The position numbers and the translations under genes were made by a program. The notes under the pieces were generated by a model. It was not told where the DNA came from and searched no databases. It saw only the letters and a list, made by a program, of their open reading frames with translations. A DNA stretch of 64,000 nucleotides from Monocercomonoides exilis PA203 (lineage: Eukaryota > Protista > Preaxostyla): contig LSRY02000054.1 in NCBI GenBank assembly GCA_001643675.2, positions 62,001 to 126,000 on the forward strand, given 5' to 3'. Of this stretch, positions 41,601-52,286 are shown one piece after another. Each line of letters starts with the position of its first letter. Positions within the stretch are counted from its first letter, which is position 1.

Positions 41601-44252
41601 ATTTTGAACAATTCGAGTGATTCAATTGTGAGTGCATCTCAAGTGGCTGTTAAGAGTTCTCCATCTGATGGAAATATCGAGACATCCAATTTGAATGAAG
41701 AAGCAGAAAAGAATGAAGATTACAGAATTGAAGATAAATCATCACAAACAGCTTCTGTTCAACAGCAATCAAATTCAACAGAGTTATCGTCTTCAATCAC
41801 AAATGACAATTCTTCTTCTAATTCATCCAATTTGTCCAGTGATAACAGCAAAGAGAAACTGGAAAAGCCAAACTCTTCTGAATCATCATCTTCTTCTGAT
41901 ATACACGATGAAGAACACAAAAAAGAACAAACTGAAAATGAAAGCTCAATTTCAGTTGAGATAAATCAAAATGAATCTTCCACACACATCATTCACCCTT
42001 CTTTCTCTCCTCCATCTCCTTTCTCTTCATCTGATGAGACAGAAAACACAACATCATCTTCTTCTGATTCATCTCATGTCACTTTCTCTCTTCCTGTGGA
42101 TACTTTAGTATCATCATCTTCTTCTTCCTCTTCTTCCTCCTCTTCTTCCTCCTCTTCCTCTTCTGCTGGCTCTGCTATTTCTTCATCTTCACCTGTTGAT
42201 CACTCTGATACTTCCTCATTTCATTCACCCACTCAAACAACACCATCTTCATCTTCCTCCATTTCTTCTGTTGAACGCAATGCTTCCTCTGATTCATCAA
42301 GTTCTGCTCAGAATTCTCCCTCTTCTTCCTTATCTGAGTCAAAAGACTCGTCTCATTGTACCTCAGCTTCTCCTTCTGACAATATGCCATCCTCACTTCA
42401 TCCGTCGCAGCTGACGATGAATTCAAATGCTCTGTCTTCTCTTGTTGATGAGTTCACCACCACCATTTCGAGAAGTGGTGTTGCCTTGTACATTCCATTT
42501 GAGTCATCTCATTCTCTCCACCACAACACCAGCCATCACCAGCGCTCTCATTCAAAGGCATCTGACTCTTCTTCTGTCAGCCACTCCACTCGCTTTGTTG
42601 CCATTCCCATTGAGACAGACAGCTCTTCTGCTGAAACACATCACTCGAATCCTTCTTCTTCTGATGGAGATGATGTTGTCATTCACTCAAACACATCGAC
42701 ACTTTCAAAGCATGCAACAAAACCAAATGATTTTTCAATAGTTGTTTCAAAAGGTTCAATTCACAATTATGAAGCTGGTTCAGATTCAACTAATGTTTTG
42801 AAAGAAATGTCTGATTCTTCTTTGAACTCTTCATCTTCTCCAACAAACGCTTTAAACGCATATTCTCTTCATTCAAATGATTCATCACAACAACAACACA
42901 CTTCATCCTCATCCTCTTCATCCTCTCCTTCTTCCTCTTCATCTCAACAGCCATCCAACTCTGTTTCTGTTAAAGCAGACAATTCTGAAAGTTCTTGTTT
43001 GCCTCCTTCATCCTCTTCCATTCCATCTGCTCATTCATCAGCAGATCCACTTTCTCCTCTCCAGTCACTTCAGAGTACAACCATCTCCATCTCATCAGCC
43101 AACGATATTGTTCAGAATCTTGTTCCTCTTTTGGAATCAGCACTTGGAGGTGAGCATAAACTCAAGCTCACAATATCCTCTTCTGACTCTTCTTCTTCTT
43201 CTTCTTCTCCAAACTCTTCTCATTCATCTGCACAACTTTATTTCACACTTGAAAATCAACAGTCACATTCACAAAAAGATGATATCAAGAATGACATTCG
43301 CCTTGAGTCTTCGAATTGCTCAGAAGGGGTTGGCCAAGCTGTTCATTCTGGTCGTCTGTTGGCATCTCATTCAGCTTCTTCTAATTCTTCTGATGATTTA
43401 CACAAAGACAGCGAAGGAACATCTGCTCCTGCTTCTTCCGTTGTCACTTCTGGTGTAGCTCCTCCTTCCTCTCCAAGTGTAATTACTGTACCTGCTTTTC
43501 ATTCTCGTCCAATTATTCCTCCTCTTCGCACCAAGTCTTTGTCTCCTCAGTCGTCTAATTCATCATCCTTGTCATCCATGTCATCTTTGTCATCCTTATC
43601 ATCCAGACATCCATCAACATCACGTTCATCTTTTTCTTCCTTTCGAGGAATAAACTACACTGACAAAGGCGAATGTTCTCGCAAACCACTAACCGAACGA
43701 AAGTATTCTTCTTCATCGCAGTTGGAATCAAAGGATTCATTCATCAAAGCAAATTCATTAAGAAAGCATTCTCCTTCACATTCAAAAATCCAGCCTCAAT
43801 CATCCAATTCCAGTTCTTCCACAAACTCGTTCCATGTGCCTTCTTCGTCCTCTCAAACAGACGAAAATGTGGAAAAAAGAAAAATTGAAAGAATTCCGTG
43901 GAAAGAGATTAAGAAAGCAGCCTTGTTGGAGCAAAAGAGGAAAAGGCAACAAGCTGCACAGCAAGGGGAATGCTCTTCAGATTGGTTTAAAGAAGGAAAT
44001 GTCGAATTTCAGTTACTGCTCAAACCAGAACAATTGTCTGAAAAACAAATGGAAATGAAAAAAACTGAAAGCTCATTTGAAGAAGATCAACGTTGTGAAG
44101 TCGAAATTCCTTCAAAAGATGCTTCAAATACATTACAGTCACAGTCCATGAAGAAAAATACTGATGTTTCAGACATTGAGACAAATTTGCCTTTGAACTC
44201 GACTTTTTCAGAAGAGAATAGACAAATTATATCTTTTTCAATAAATACATAA
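37206..44252 (+). CDS. NEK (NimA-related) Ser/Thr kinase, NEK1/3/5-like catalytic domain with long Ser-rich/acidic tail (2,348 aa)
   Basis: The first ATG at 37206 gives MEQYTRDRMIGRGNYG, followed by VLKEI, HPNIV, MDYCDGGDL, HRDLKSQNVFL, KLGDFGIAK, VGTPYYLSPE and ADIWSLGC. The ORF-track start at 37089 is a TTG. Confidence 0.93.
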
Positions 44253-45269
44253 AGGTTATATATTTTTTAATTTTAATTTTTTCAAAAAATTTCGAAATGC
44301 CATATGTTGTCAAAAATAGTTGAAAACGTTGAAAATTGATTGTTTTAAATTTAGTTTTTTTTCAATTCAATTCCGGTCTTTTTCAAAAATAAATATCAAA
44401 TAGATGTCTTGTTTGAAACATTGTTGTTGTTGAGCTAATTTTCTTTTTTAATAAATGACATTTCTAGAAAACAAAGTTCTTTTCAAAATTTTGTGAAAAA
44501 ATTCTTTTGTTTTATTAGTGGTGCATTTTCTTTTTTAATTTTTTCAATGAAGAGTAACTTGACTATTATTTCATTATTTTGATATTTGAAAACGGTTTTT
44601 CATTAAAATATTTCTGAAAATAGATAGTTGAAAAATTCGTTCATTCAGTTGTCAAAATTCAAACAAAATCTGATAAAAAATACTTTTCAAATGAAAACTT
44701 GAATATGTTAACAACAGTTTGAAATTTGACTGATTAATATCATAAACACATTAAAAAAAAAAAGATAAATATAAAATAATCCAAAAATGGTTATTTTAAA
44801 CTTTGGAAAGACAATCATGATGTGAAATATTTTCTCATAAAACTCAAAATGATAAACAGTGGGTAAAAAGGCCGGTCCATTATCTCATTTCAACAAAAAT
44901 GCTAAGGTGATTATAACTTTATTTTTTTGATAAAAAGTATTTTTCAAAAAAAAAACTTTTCCTTATAATTTATTGTTATTCATGAAAACAGAAATTGTCT
45001 TTCAGACACATAAGTTGATTCTAATGAGACAAGCTTATTCGAACAATTTATTGAAAAACAGTTATCTCGCGTGCATAATTGCGTTTCATCGGACAATGCA
45101 AATTCTTGTTTTTTGGATCTAACACACTTTAACATATATTCAATTCTTTTATAAAATAGTTAAAAGGAGCGTAAAACATTTTCAACAAAATTGTAAAAAA
45201 ATTTAAAAATGTGACAATTTATGGATTTATTTCTGTTTAGGGTTGTTGAAAATCAGATAATGATCAAAA

Positions 45270-46591
45270 ATGGCATACCCAAGAGAAAAAAAATCTTCTG
45301 TTTTCGATAAAACTTGTTCATTTATAAAAGAAGAGATAGCATGTGATTGGTTATTTCATCACATTTTGGAAGATAAAAGTCCAGAATGCAGAATTCATAA
45401 GAAAAAGAAGGTTTTGGTGAAAGAAGGAGTATTTTATGGGTGTTGGACGTGTTGGAAATGTGAAACAAAAAAATCAATGCACAAAGGAACTAATTTGGAG
45501 ATAACAAGATGTGAAATTAAAAAGTTTTTACTCATCATCTTGTTTCTTTAGCTTGGGATTTCGCAATCAAACATCCAAAAAATGCTTAATTTGCATGATT
45601 CAGTTGTTGGCAATTGGAGCTGTGTGTTAAGATGTGCTTGTATGGATTTTATCAACAACAATCCAATCAGACTTAGAGGTGAGGTGGTTATTGTAGAGAT
45701 TGATGAGTGCGAATGGAGACGAAGAAAATATTAAAGGGGTAGAAAGAAAAAGCAAATTTGGATTTTTGGTGAGATAGAAAGTACAGAAAATAAAAAAGAA
45801 ATTTTGAAGAAATTCTGCAAAATTGTTCCTGACAGATCGGAAAAAACTCTTCCTCCGATTATCAGACAGCACATTTTTCCAAGAACAATTATCATGAGTG
45901 ATAAATGGAAATTTTATTCATCACAGGAAGCATTCGGATACATTCATAAAACAGTCTGCCGTAAGAGAAATTATGTCTATCCGGTGAGCGGTGCTTGTAC
46001 AAACACGATAGAAAGTATGTGGTCGCATTTGCGGGAAAGTTTTTCAAAACATGGTATCAGAGAACGGTTTTTGGGGGATTATCTGGCATTTTGGATGATG
46101 AAAAATACAAAACAACTAGCTTTTCAAGATGTTGTGCACATGATCGTTTTACAGAAAGGAAGAGGAAATGGAAGAACAAATTTTGGAAGAACAGGATGTT
46201 AAAGAAGACAACGAATTAATATACGAAAATATTCCAAATGTCTAAATTTATTTGAAAAGTTCCTTTTGTTTAATTTTCAAATAAAATAAAAACTTCATAT
46301 TTCGATCATATTTCTGTTCCAACGAACGAAACCTTTCAAAAATGGATTTAATAACATTACCAAGATTTTGTTTCAATTTGGGTGTAGTTTTATAAGAGAA
46401 AACAGAAATTTAATCGAAATATGAAGTTTTCATTTTATTTGAAAATTAAACAAAAGGAACTTTTCAAAAAAATTTAGACAGATATTGAAAGTTTTTATTC
46501 TAAAGAATCTTCCAATGAGAAAATTGATGAATCAACGGATTGTTTGTATTTATCTGATGGTGCTGATTCATCGAAATGGGTGGATGAATAA
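45270..46591 (+). pseudogene. Merlin/ISXO2 (IS1595-family-like) DDE transposase pseudogene 1
   Basis: One frame carries a Zn-ribbon-like region (CRIH...WTCWKC), VIVEIDE, RRRKY*RGR..QIWIFG, IIMSDKW and HKTV...TNTIESMWSHLR. In-frame stops are at 45549 (TAG) and 45732 (TAA), with a probable frameshift near 46150. The acidic tail is split by a 240-bp insertion. Confidence 0.9.
46240..46479. mobile_element. 240-bp palindromic element, subfamily B
   Basis: GTCTAAATTTATTTGAAAAGTTCC...GGAACTTTTCAAAAAAATTTAGAC, flanked by AAAT/AGAT. Removing it restores the transposase tail frame. Confidence 0.85.
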
Positions 46592-46806
46592 TTGCAGTTG
46601 AATATTTTTTTAATTTTTCAATTCTTTTTCACTGTCTCACAATCAAATATTTTTGAAAAAAAGAAAAATAAAAAAAACTTAATTTTGATAAACTTCAGCG
46701 ATTTTTTAAAATCCAAAACATTAATATAACTGATTAATAAATATTTCTATTTGTATACAAATTAATTTCTCAATATCAGATATAACGCGAAATGGAAGTT
46801 TTATAT

Positions 46807-47046
46807 GGGTGATTCTTTTTGAAAAGTCGCAAATGTATAATTTACAAATAATGTTAAATCTTCATATTTTTCTCAAATTTTTGTTTCAGCTCACAAATCT
46901 CCTCAAGAATGTTTGAAATAGCATTATCCAGAAATTGATTCCATATTAGTGAAGTTTGGTGTTTGTTAACAAAAATTTAAGCAAAATGTGAAATTCTTGA
47001 TTTATTTGAAAATTAAACATTTGCGACTTTTCAAAAAGGATTACCC
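46807..47046. mobile_element. 240-bp palindromic element, subfamily A
   Basis: ATAT-GGGTGATTCTTTTTGAAAAGTCGCAAATGT...ACATTTGCGACTTTTCAAAAGGATTACCC-ATAT. Confidence 0.88.
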
Positions 47047-47449
47047 ATATTTGAAACACCAATAAAGTGATTCAATAAGTGGGAGAAAGTTAACTCGTCT
47101 GTATAAAGATATTTTCTGATTTTTGTTTGTTTTCTTGGTTTGTGAGAACAAAACGGTTACTTGAAAAAGCTTTCGGTTTATTATCTTTCAATAGAAATTT
47201 CAATGATGTGTTATAAAGAATTTATTTTTGTGGTGAATGAAAAGAAATGAAAGTGCACGAGGATTTAAAAAATTTTAAATATTTCTTAAAAGTAAAAAAA
47301 ATGGAAAAATGTGAAACAAAAATTACATTGAACACTCATTCTCAGATACAGATTAACCATCTCCTGCTCCCAAACTGTTTCAACTGCTGCTGGAATCAGA
47401 GTCTTTCACAAAGAGGGAAATTGAATCATTATCTTTATCAGTTTAACTT

Positions 47450-48255
47450 TATTCATCATCGTCTCCTTTTTCAACTGTGGCAAGTGTGTTCATTATTTCT
47501 TCAACAAAATTCGTGAAAGATTAATTCTTTGATAAATGAAACATGAAATTCGAAATGAAATCATCAATGAATTTATTTTATTGCAAAGTTCAACGAAAAA
47601 ATGTTCGAAATCTCAATCTCAAACACTCTATTCAAATTGCACAATTACCAATAATCTGGTCAACAAAATGATATTTGTGACACATAATCAGGTGAGAGAA
47701 GTTGTAATCTTTTAGGCTGTTGAAAGCGAGTCATTCATCGCTGTAAATTGAAATCATTTGTTTGATGAAATCGAAAAATGCAGAAATTATATTCTTTTTC
47801 TTTTGTTCTTCACATTAATAATAATAAATCTTCCTCCTCCATCTTCACGCTTTCTTTCTATTCCTCCAAAAAGCCAGACTTGTGCCTTTTTCCTTCCTTT
47901 ATGAAATTTTCTTTTTCTCAACATAGCTTCGTCGACCTCCACTATATGACCCTCTCCTCTAATTGGTTAGAAATTCTTCAAATAATTTTTGAAGAAATAG
48001 ATGTGCAATGGAAAAACCAGAACATAACTTTCTTTCTGTTGATATTAAGCAAAATGCTTGATTGAGTGATGCTCAATTTTGGAGAAAAATACAGAAGAAT
48101 ATGAAGAAGTTTGTGGACTTGAATTTTTGAATATTTGAACGAAGTTCCATCAAAAATGCTTATTGCTTTTCCACATTAAGAACATCTATATAACCTCATT
48201 GTCTCCGATCTGGTATGTATATGCATTTTATTCTTGCATTTTAAACATCGTAAAT
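47450..48255 (-). pseudogene. Merlin/ISXO2 DDE transposase pseudogene 2 (not in ORF track)
   Basis: Manual minus-strand translation gives CLKC...YRCS*CGKAISIFDGTSF and PIRGEGHIVEVDEAMLRKRKFHKGRKKAQVWLFGGIER (VDE at 47936-47928), then IYSDE*, HLIMCHKYHFVD and *IECL. There are several stops and frameshifts, and the ends are approximate. Confidence 0.85.
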
Positions 48256-48539
48256 CCTTATTTTGAAGAATGCTCCCAAAAAAGTTAAGAAAGAACAAGG
48301 AAGGCAAGAGAAAGTTTCATTCATTTTGTTTATTTCGCTGTTTGAATCGTTCAAACAGGATGTCATAAGGATGGAAATATACAAAAAATTAAAAAAAATC
48401 AATATTTATATATTTGTTAAATACATCAATAATAAAAAAACTTGAACATAAAATAATTAGACACATCATGTGCATGGTAAATATTTATGAAAAATTTGGT
48501 GTTTTTTGACATTATTATTCACAGAAAATATGAATCGAT

Positions 48540-50891
48540 GGCAAGATCCAAATATATGGACCTCGGATTTTTCTGATTTCTTTTGAATAAAACAATAGAT
48601 AATATGATGTTAATTAACAGAAAATTACTTTCATTTGTCGAAAATTAGATTTAATGAACTTCACAACAGAAAATTTGATTTGTCCCATATTTTTATTTTA
48701 ATTATGCAGTAAACAAAAATTTGCTGGCAAGTGGGATGCACTGAGAAAATGTTTTTGAATCTTATTTGATCTTATTAAATGCATCATTTTCATTAACTGA
48801 GTGAACGTTGATTTTTTTTTTCCTTAAAAATAGTCGTTATTTTCTTGTGAGAATTTCATTTGTGTGTGTTACAAACGTATTACATTCGAAAACATGTTTG
48901 ATGTAATTTTGACACTCTTTTTGTAATATATTTGTTGAGAAATTATTCAATATATGTTTCGTTTTCGATTTTTCATTTCATATAATACTGTATTTCAACA
49001 TTTATTTAATCACATGCATCTGACGCTTCTTATAGAAGAAGTGATGAAAAATTTCCAAGATCACGTTGGAAATGGATTGGAACAGCAAAAATGTCATGAA
49101 TGCAGATGATCCTGGTTGTGTTTAAATGCTTGATGTAAACACAGAGTTGATTGTCTTGGATGCGCTTGTGGTGTGTGACAATCTGTGGAGGCAGATCAAT
49201 AAGACACACTTCCAGATATGCTTTGACAAGCATGGAAATGCACCGCAGAATGAGATCAACATGGTTTGCCGATGTAAACAATTGAAATAACCAATGAATT
49301 TTCTTGATCTGATTTTTGCTTACCCGAAAGACACAATTGAAATGAGTTTTCTGGAAAGGAGAAACAGGGATGTTTAATGGAAGTGTGCAAATGTGGAGCA
49401 GCCAAACTCGATCGTTGGCTATGGACTTAAGCGTTAGTCGCGCAAGGTGGAATGCAGGCTGATAGAGAATGAAAAAAGAATGGCGGATCATGAGATGGAG
49501 TTTGAGGACATTAGTATGCTGTAGCGAGGAAAGGCAGAAACCGAGGTGTCAGATGCTTGGAGGATCGGGCGAGAGAGGAAGAGAGTTGTTGAGTTCTGAG
49601 GAGCCACAATGATGATGATGCTCACACTCCTGTTTGAAGAACTGTGGGAAAAGAACATTGAATTCAATATAGATACAAAGGTGGAAAAGATACGTTGGAT
49701 GGATGTGAGTATTGGACGATGAAAAGAAATAGTTGAGGAGGAAAAGATATTTTGAGAAAATTGGACTAATGAAAGGAGTTTTTCAAACAGATCACCATAG
49801 TTTTTTTAAGGACAATTTCTTATTAATGTTATAGCTGATGGAACATTAAGGCTTTTAAAAACAGAATTGAAGGATATGGAAAGAAAAATAGTTGAAGAGG
49901 TGAAGAAACAAAGATTGAAGCATCTGATTATTGAAATAATTGTGCTTGTTGCTCGACGATGAAAGTGAAAACATTAATTGTCAGATTTGTGAGACATTTC
50001 TAGTTATTATTGCAAATAGGGTGTGAAGGATTTTGATATGGAAATGATGGAGATGTTTCCGAGGTGGCAACGGGAAAGAGCAGATTAAGTGGCTACGAAT
50101 GAGTTTTTATGTTTAGGTTTGAAAAAAAAGTCAATTTTTAATGTTGTGGTTATCTAATTTTTTCTCTATGAGATTCTATTTTTTTTGAACTGACACTATT
50201 AAAATATTTTGTTGAAAGGAATGTTCAATTAAAAAAGTGTAGTTCTTTTGTTGCAAAATTGTCGAATGAAATATGTGCAAAATTCAATAATTAAATTTTA
50301 TTTTTTTTAATTATTCAATTAATATTTTCAATATTCGCTCTTCAAATCATATTTTTTTGTAATCAAAGCTTTTAAAAAAAATAAAAGCTCTTCGAAATGT
50401 TCAAAAGGATTCAAATGATTTGTTTTCATTGCAAGAAAAAATTGAGAGATTTGGGAAGAGCATCAAACCAATAAAATATGTTAGATTAATAATTTCATAT
50501 TCATGGTCATTCAATTGCCTAATTTGATTATTATTTAAGTTTTATAAAATATCTGTTAAGGAAACATGCAAATGAAATTCTCACAAGAAAATAACGACTA
50601 TTTTTAAGGAAAAAAAAAATCAACGTTCACTCAGTTAATGAAAATGATGCATTTAATAAGATCAAATAAGATTCAAAAACACTTTCTCAGTGCATCCCAC
50701 TTGCCAGCAAATTTTTGTTTACTGCATAATTAAAATAAAAATATGGGACAAATCAAATTTTCTGTTGTGAAGTTCATTAAATCTAATTTTCGACAAATGA
50801 AAGTAATTTTCTGTTAATTAACATCATATTATCTATTGTTTTATTCAAAAGAAATCAGAAAAATCCGAGGTCCATATATTTGGATCTTGCC
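48540..50891. mobile_element. Non-autonomous Merlin-like TIR element with 323-bp TIRs and captured cargo
   Basis: TIRs at 48540-48862 and 50569-50891 (GGCAAGATCCAAATATATGG...) are almost identical, with one mismatch seen. The flanks GAATCGAT / AAATCGAT match 7 of 8 as a TSD. Confidence 0.85.
49050..49525 (+). pseudogene. Host gene-family fragment carried inside the TIR element
   Basis: A plus frame with stops reads ...NLWRQINKTHFQICFD...NFLDLIFAYPKDTIEMSF...DV*WKCANVEQPNSIVGYGL. This resembles the DLL..Y.S.TI.VS...CG...P motif of the fragment at 2603-2854. Confidence 0.45.
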
Positions 50892-51112
50892 AAATCGATT
50901 AACACTTGTTTCAGCCTATTAATAATTGAAAAATAAATTTGAATCCAAGTATTAACTATACGTTTTGTTCCCACTCAACATTTTTTTTCTCAGTTCCATC
51001 ATTGTCATCGTTAATGAGGTTTTTTTTACCAACTTCATAAAAACTTTTTGTTTGCATCTTTCTGTTTGTTTTTATCTGGAAGGAAGAAAAATACAATTAT
51101 TTTAAATTCATG

Positions 51113-51351
51113 ATATATATTTTTTAGAAAAGTTCCTTTTGTTTAATTTTCAAAAAAAATGAAAATGTCAGATTTCAATCAATTTTCTGTTCTCTCTCAT
51201 GAAACTTCACAATAATGGAAATAATATCATTGTTTTGGTTTTGTTTCCATTTATGTGAAGTTTCGTGAGTGGGAACAGAAAATTGTTGAAAATTTGAAAT
51301 TTAAATTTTATTTGGAAATTAAACAAAATGAAGTTTTCAAAAAATTTAGAT
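51113..51351. mobile_element. ~240-bp palindromic element, subfamily B, degenerate
   Basis: GAAAAGTTCCTTTTGTTTAATTTTCAAA...GGAAATTAAACAAAATGAAGTTTTCAAAAAATTTAGA is homologous to 46240-46479. Confidence 0.75.
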
Positions 51352-52286
51352 ATATGGAATGTTTCAGTTTTTCGACATCAGTGATATGGTCTTTCAGGTG
51401 TTATCATTGATTAATAAGGCGCTTTTGCTAAACTTTTTGCGATTAACTTAACAAATATAATCTGTTCACTTTTTTGACAGATGTTTGAGTTTGTTTAATA
51501 CATTTTGCATTCAAATTAATAATGTCTGTTTGCAGACATGAAAATCTTTGTAATTTTGAAATCTGAAAAAGTTTCAAAAAATCAGAAGTGAAACAAATTA
51601 TTAAAAATTTGTCCAATAAAAGCTTGAAAAGCCTGGTTTTCACTCAACCTTTTGATTGTTCCTTTGGATTTTTCAAATTGGTTGAAAATGATATTTTAAT
51701 GAAATTGCTTTACCAAAAAATGGATTTTCATATTATCAAGTTCATTTCTGGATGTTGAAACTTTCATTTCATTTAACCACTAACTCAATTCTTTGTTTAT
51801 TTTTAGTAACCTCAAAGAAAAAGCTTATGTGTCGAGTGTAGAAACAGGTTTTTTATGGAAATAAAGCACTTTCATTTTTGTTGCTTTAAGTATTTTGTGA
51901 TTTTTTCATGTGGTAAATGATCTGCAATATGAAGTTCTTGATATTGTGAAGAAATGTCCATGGAAATGGATTCAACGTTGATTTCTTTGAACGGAGGTTT
52001 TGTGGTTCATACCAATGCATAGACTTCCATCACAGGGCAAACACTCGTTTCAAAGAAAGAGGACTTAAACTTTGATAGAGCTGATGGATCTGCAACTGTC
52101 TGAAGGAGTGCTTCAATCAGTGAAGATCTGTTTCCAACAATGAAAAACTGGTTTGGTGTTCAAAACTTAAGGCAAAGAGTATTTTTCAAATGAGATAACA
52201 CAAATGAATTGAATTGTTGAAGTAGACAAGCCATGATTAATTGGAAATATTTTAAAAATAATCATTTTTTATCACTTTCAACAGTA

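Noticed and set aside
8012-44058. Hundreds of short ORFs overlapping the two kinase genes (poly-Glu, poly-Leu, poly-Lys, poly-Phe)
   Set aside because: They are shadow frames of TCN/GAA repeats and contain no independent motifs.
7867-44252. Alternative genetic code (TAR=Gln) for the host
   Set aside because: There is no in-frame TAA/TAG in ~12,000 codons, Gln is encoded by CAA/CAG, and the NEK gene ends in TAA.
49030-49491. 153-aa minus-strand ORF as the transposase of the TIR element
   Set aside because: It has no DDE or recombinase motif, and the opposite strand better resembles a decayed host-family fragment.
51800-52200. Coding-like island before the large inverted repeat
   Set aside because: All three plus frames contain stops and no family could be recognised.
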